Shown here: piece after piece, positions 60,900 through 64,000 of the stretch | Layout: every line of letters begins with the position of its first letter | How positions within the stretch are numbered: the first letter of the stretch is position 1 | Assembly (NCBI GenBank): GCA_951804945.1 | Contig: OX638160.1 | Location: 12,710,001 to 12,774,000 of the forward strand | Length of the DNA stretch: 64,000 nt | Direction: 5' to 3' | DNA from: Podarcis cretensis | Taxonomy: Eukaryota | Translations under genes and position numbers: made by a program | The notes under the pieces: model-generated | What the model saw: the letters and a program-made list of their open reading frames with translations, nothing else | The model's database searches: none | Told to the model about the DNA's origin: nothing

Positions 60900-62397
60900 T
60901 AGACTGATGAGTGTGACCGCTCAAGCGGTTGGAGGTTGGAGTCCTCTAAGATGGCAAAAATTAAATTGATTGTGCAAATCAGTTGCAGCCCCTGAGGCTA
61001 CCATTTTATCCTCACTTCCTCCTCCTGAGTTGTGCCAGACTCTCATTTGAGGTACTGTCCAGCTCCAATGGCGCGTGAATCTGTGTCCCAGGGGCGAGGA
61101 TTATGGGTGAAATTTTGGCTCGGCTAAAAAATCAATAGGTGTTTTGTAATTGGCTTGGATGGAACCAGAATTTTAACTCATGGCTCCTTCCTCCTGAAGG
61201 GCTTCGCATATTTATATCTGCAGTGAAGAGGAGAAAAAGCGACCCATTCGGCTGCTAAGATGATGCTGGAAATGGTGCCTTGCCTTGCCCAGACAAACAA
61301 AAGCTATCCGGAAGGAGACGCAGTGGGCTTCCCTTCACCGTTTATTTGTTGAGCAAGCGAAGAAAGAGAAGGCTCCTGGCGGAGACAGAAACAAAGAAAT
61401 TCAGCCTCGTCTGTGTTTTCCTTCCTGCCTTGCCTAGGCTACCCCACAGGCCATCTGTCAAGTTGTTCTGGGCTGTGGGAAAAAGTTCTGTCCCACAAAA
61501 CAGTGCAAGGGGCTATCCCGTTAAGCTCTTTCTCCAGCCTCCTTGCGGTAAGAAGTTCTTAGGCACTGACAGATCTCCGCTTCAGGCTCTCACCAAAGTT
61601 TCCTCAGGACTTTGGGATCCTGGCAGAATCAAGCCCCATCAACTCCTGGTCCTTCACGTGCAGAGGAAGACCAGGTTGGAGCTTGAGGTGAAGGCGAGAG
61701 TCACTTTCTGTAGCGAGGCAGCCTGGAACTAGCTACGCTCGAATACCCAAAGCGATTGTGGATTTGGAATCTCTACCAGACAGCAACCGACTAGGCGGTG
61801 TTGCGGCCTATGCAGATGTTGCAGGTGATTGTGGTGTGCTGCTGTTGTTGCTTTCTCTGCGCTTTCTATTATTTGCAAGCCGCCTTGACAGGTCACTTTT
61901 GGAATACACGATTGCAAACAAAGTTAACATCAACCGAAAGGAGAAATCAACAGGACAAGCACTTCAGTCACCAGCACCTTTCTCGTGAAGGAAGTGGCAT
62001 TGTGTTCATTTCACCCCATTTCTCTTTAGCACTTGGATGGCGACGGGCTATTCAACCCAAGTGCTGTAGCTTAACAGCAACGGACGTGGAGAGGACCGAG
62101 GGAAAACGAAGCGATGGGAGCTAGTCCGCAGGGAGGTTTTTAAGCGGCTTGGCAGAGTCTGTGCACGGTCTCCGTTTTTTCATAGTTTTTAGGCCTAAAA
62201 GGAGGAAGCACTCCCCACTCCCTCTTTTTAGCTCAGACTCGAGGTAAAGCGTTAGAAAATAAAACCAGCTCTTGCGGCCAGAGCCCAGCCATGTTTCATC
62301 CGAAGGAAGTCTCACTGGTTTCAGTGAGGCTTACTTACTCCCAAGTAAGTGTGTATATAATTCCTGCTTTTTAAATGAACCCCCAAGCCCTCTTTCT

Positions 62398-62443
<46 letters not shown>

Positions 62444-63420
62444 GATCACTCACTGAATTTCCTTGGGAAGAGTTCAGGACCTGAATGACACGTCCCGGTT
62501 TCTCAGCCGCTTGTCCCCAGACTTCATGTTTTTGTTTTAGGCTGAAAAATCTCCCGTGACTCCCTTTTCACCCTACGTCCCAAAAGTACGGTTTTGATCC
62601 CTCCTTGTTTCAGATTTTGGGACGGTTGTCCGGGATTTCGAGACAGGTGGGGGCCTTTAATCCGCCCTCTAACCCCGTGACCTCCTTCCCTTAAGGAGCT
62701 TTTCCCCTCCATGTCCCTTCCTATTGAAAGTCTCATTCACAAATAAAAGCAATTTCCTTTTGGAACTATAATCACGACGTGGGGAAATGCCTCCCCCCTC
62801 GCTATTTTTTAAAAAACAATCGAGGGTGCGCGGCGGTTCTCTTCTTCTAGCGTTTAGTTTCAGGGAGGCTTGTTTGTTTAGACACTTTCCTTAACAGAAG
62901 GGAACTTGAAAAGCTTTAATTAAAAAAAAAAAAAAAAGGTGGGCCGGGCTAGGCTGGGAAGAACGGGGAGAGGGGCGCGGATGGTTGAGGCTTTCCATTG
63001 ACAGCTACGGAGTGCTGCGTCTCAGACAGACAAGATAAATACTTCCTGAAGAACCTCGAGGACAAAGATTTTTTTTTTTTTAATGAAAATAAAAGCGAAT
63101 AACCGCAGAGAACTATCTGCTGAGAAACGTGTCATAATGAATGTGAGAGATCACATCAGACTCTTGCAAGATGCCCAGAACGAATCCAGCCAAGTAGCAC
63201 ACAATGTGTTTCTATACCTGCAGGCTGCTATCCTACACAGGCTCATTAGCAGATAAGGAGCTGCGGAGAGGCTTCAGAACTTTCCTGGGCATCCGGCCGC
63301 GTCGATATTTGGCTACTCAGCTTGCTGAAATCCCTGCGCGATCAACGTGTGGTTTATCCCCTTTGGTCAGTTTAGACTCTCCTTCTCAGCTTTTCTTCTA
63401 CATCCGTTACATGGGACGAA
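60900..63420. promoter_or_regulatory. CpG-enriched region, candidate upstream regulatory zone of the next gene (probably EN2)
   Basis: CpG density rises again; no coding signal; gene identity inferred from synteny only. Confidence 0.4.
62401..62441. repeat. (AC)n microsatellite
   Basis: Directly visible. Confidence 0.95.
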
Positions 63421-64000
63421 CCTAAGTACTAAGTCCCATAGGGTATCTGATCAGGCCAATTATTTGATGAGTTTGAAAAGTAGGGTGAATTAGGATTAAG
63501 GCTGAAATCCTATACACACTTTACTGGGAGTAAGTCTCAATGGACCCAATGGATAGAGATGCATAGTATTGTGCTGCATATGTGTGAAAACAAAAGCGAA
63601 GTATCCCCAAACAACTTTGTGAGTTGGCAACCTTGTTTGCATCGTCTGTCTCTGGAGACAATGGAAGAGTGCACCTTCAGTGGTGAAGTCAAACCGCTGG
63701 AGAGTTACAGCGCCTGCTGTGGTTGTAGAGCCCGTTAAAGGGAGAGACATGTTTTGTTGCAGCTGGGGCAGATGAAGGCGTCCGGTTGTGCTGCTGCATA
63801 CATCCAACATACCCTCTGTAGGAAATGTTATCTGCTGCTAAGACCAGTACGCAGGACATAATATGCATGTATATGCAAGTGTGTGGTGGGTATTTTAAAG
63901 ATTTATACACTGCCATTCAACAATTGAAGTAGCATTACAAAAATTAGTTGAAAAGGACAGCAAAGCAGGGTAATCATAAAAAACATACAACCAATGAAAC

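Noticed and set aside
61280-62124. ORFs in the distal CpG region as possible EN2 exons
   Set aside because: No EH1 or homeobox motifs in any listed frame.

Overview
Vertebrate genomic DNA from a squamate reptile, probably a lacertid lizard (three Sauria-type SINEs with (ACCTTT)n tails). The first ~7.4 kb holds the five coding exons of INSIG1 on the + strand (507-906, 3883-4007, 5713-5879, 6439-6538, 7324-7353; 822 nt, 273 aa). Its non-coding first exon and promoter lie upstream of the window. The intron 4008-5712 is a U12-type (minor spliceosome) GT-AG intron and carries a 5'-truncated L1 insertion with target-site duplications (TSDs). No other protein-coding gene is recognisable. The remaining ~56 kb contains decayed LINEs (L1, CR1, L2), SINEs, many hAT and Tc1/mariner MITEs, microsatellites, gene-less CpG-rich islands (~19.3-30.3 kb and ~61-63.4 kb) and repeat-free motif-dense blocks. 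By known vertebrate synteny (INSIG1 followed by EN2) these are probably the upstream regulatory landscape of EN2, but EN2 itself is not in the window and conservation cannot be tested here. I found no solid evidence of a wholly new biological system. The best leads are the U12 intron with an inserted poly(A)-signal-bearing L1, start-codon turnover in INSIG1, and an inverted pair of hAT MITEs with telomere-like internal repeats bracketing a candidate enhancer block. Repeat family names come from recalled consensus features, not database searches.
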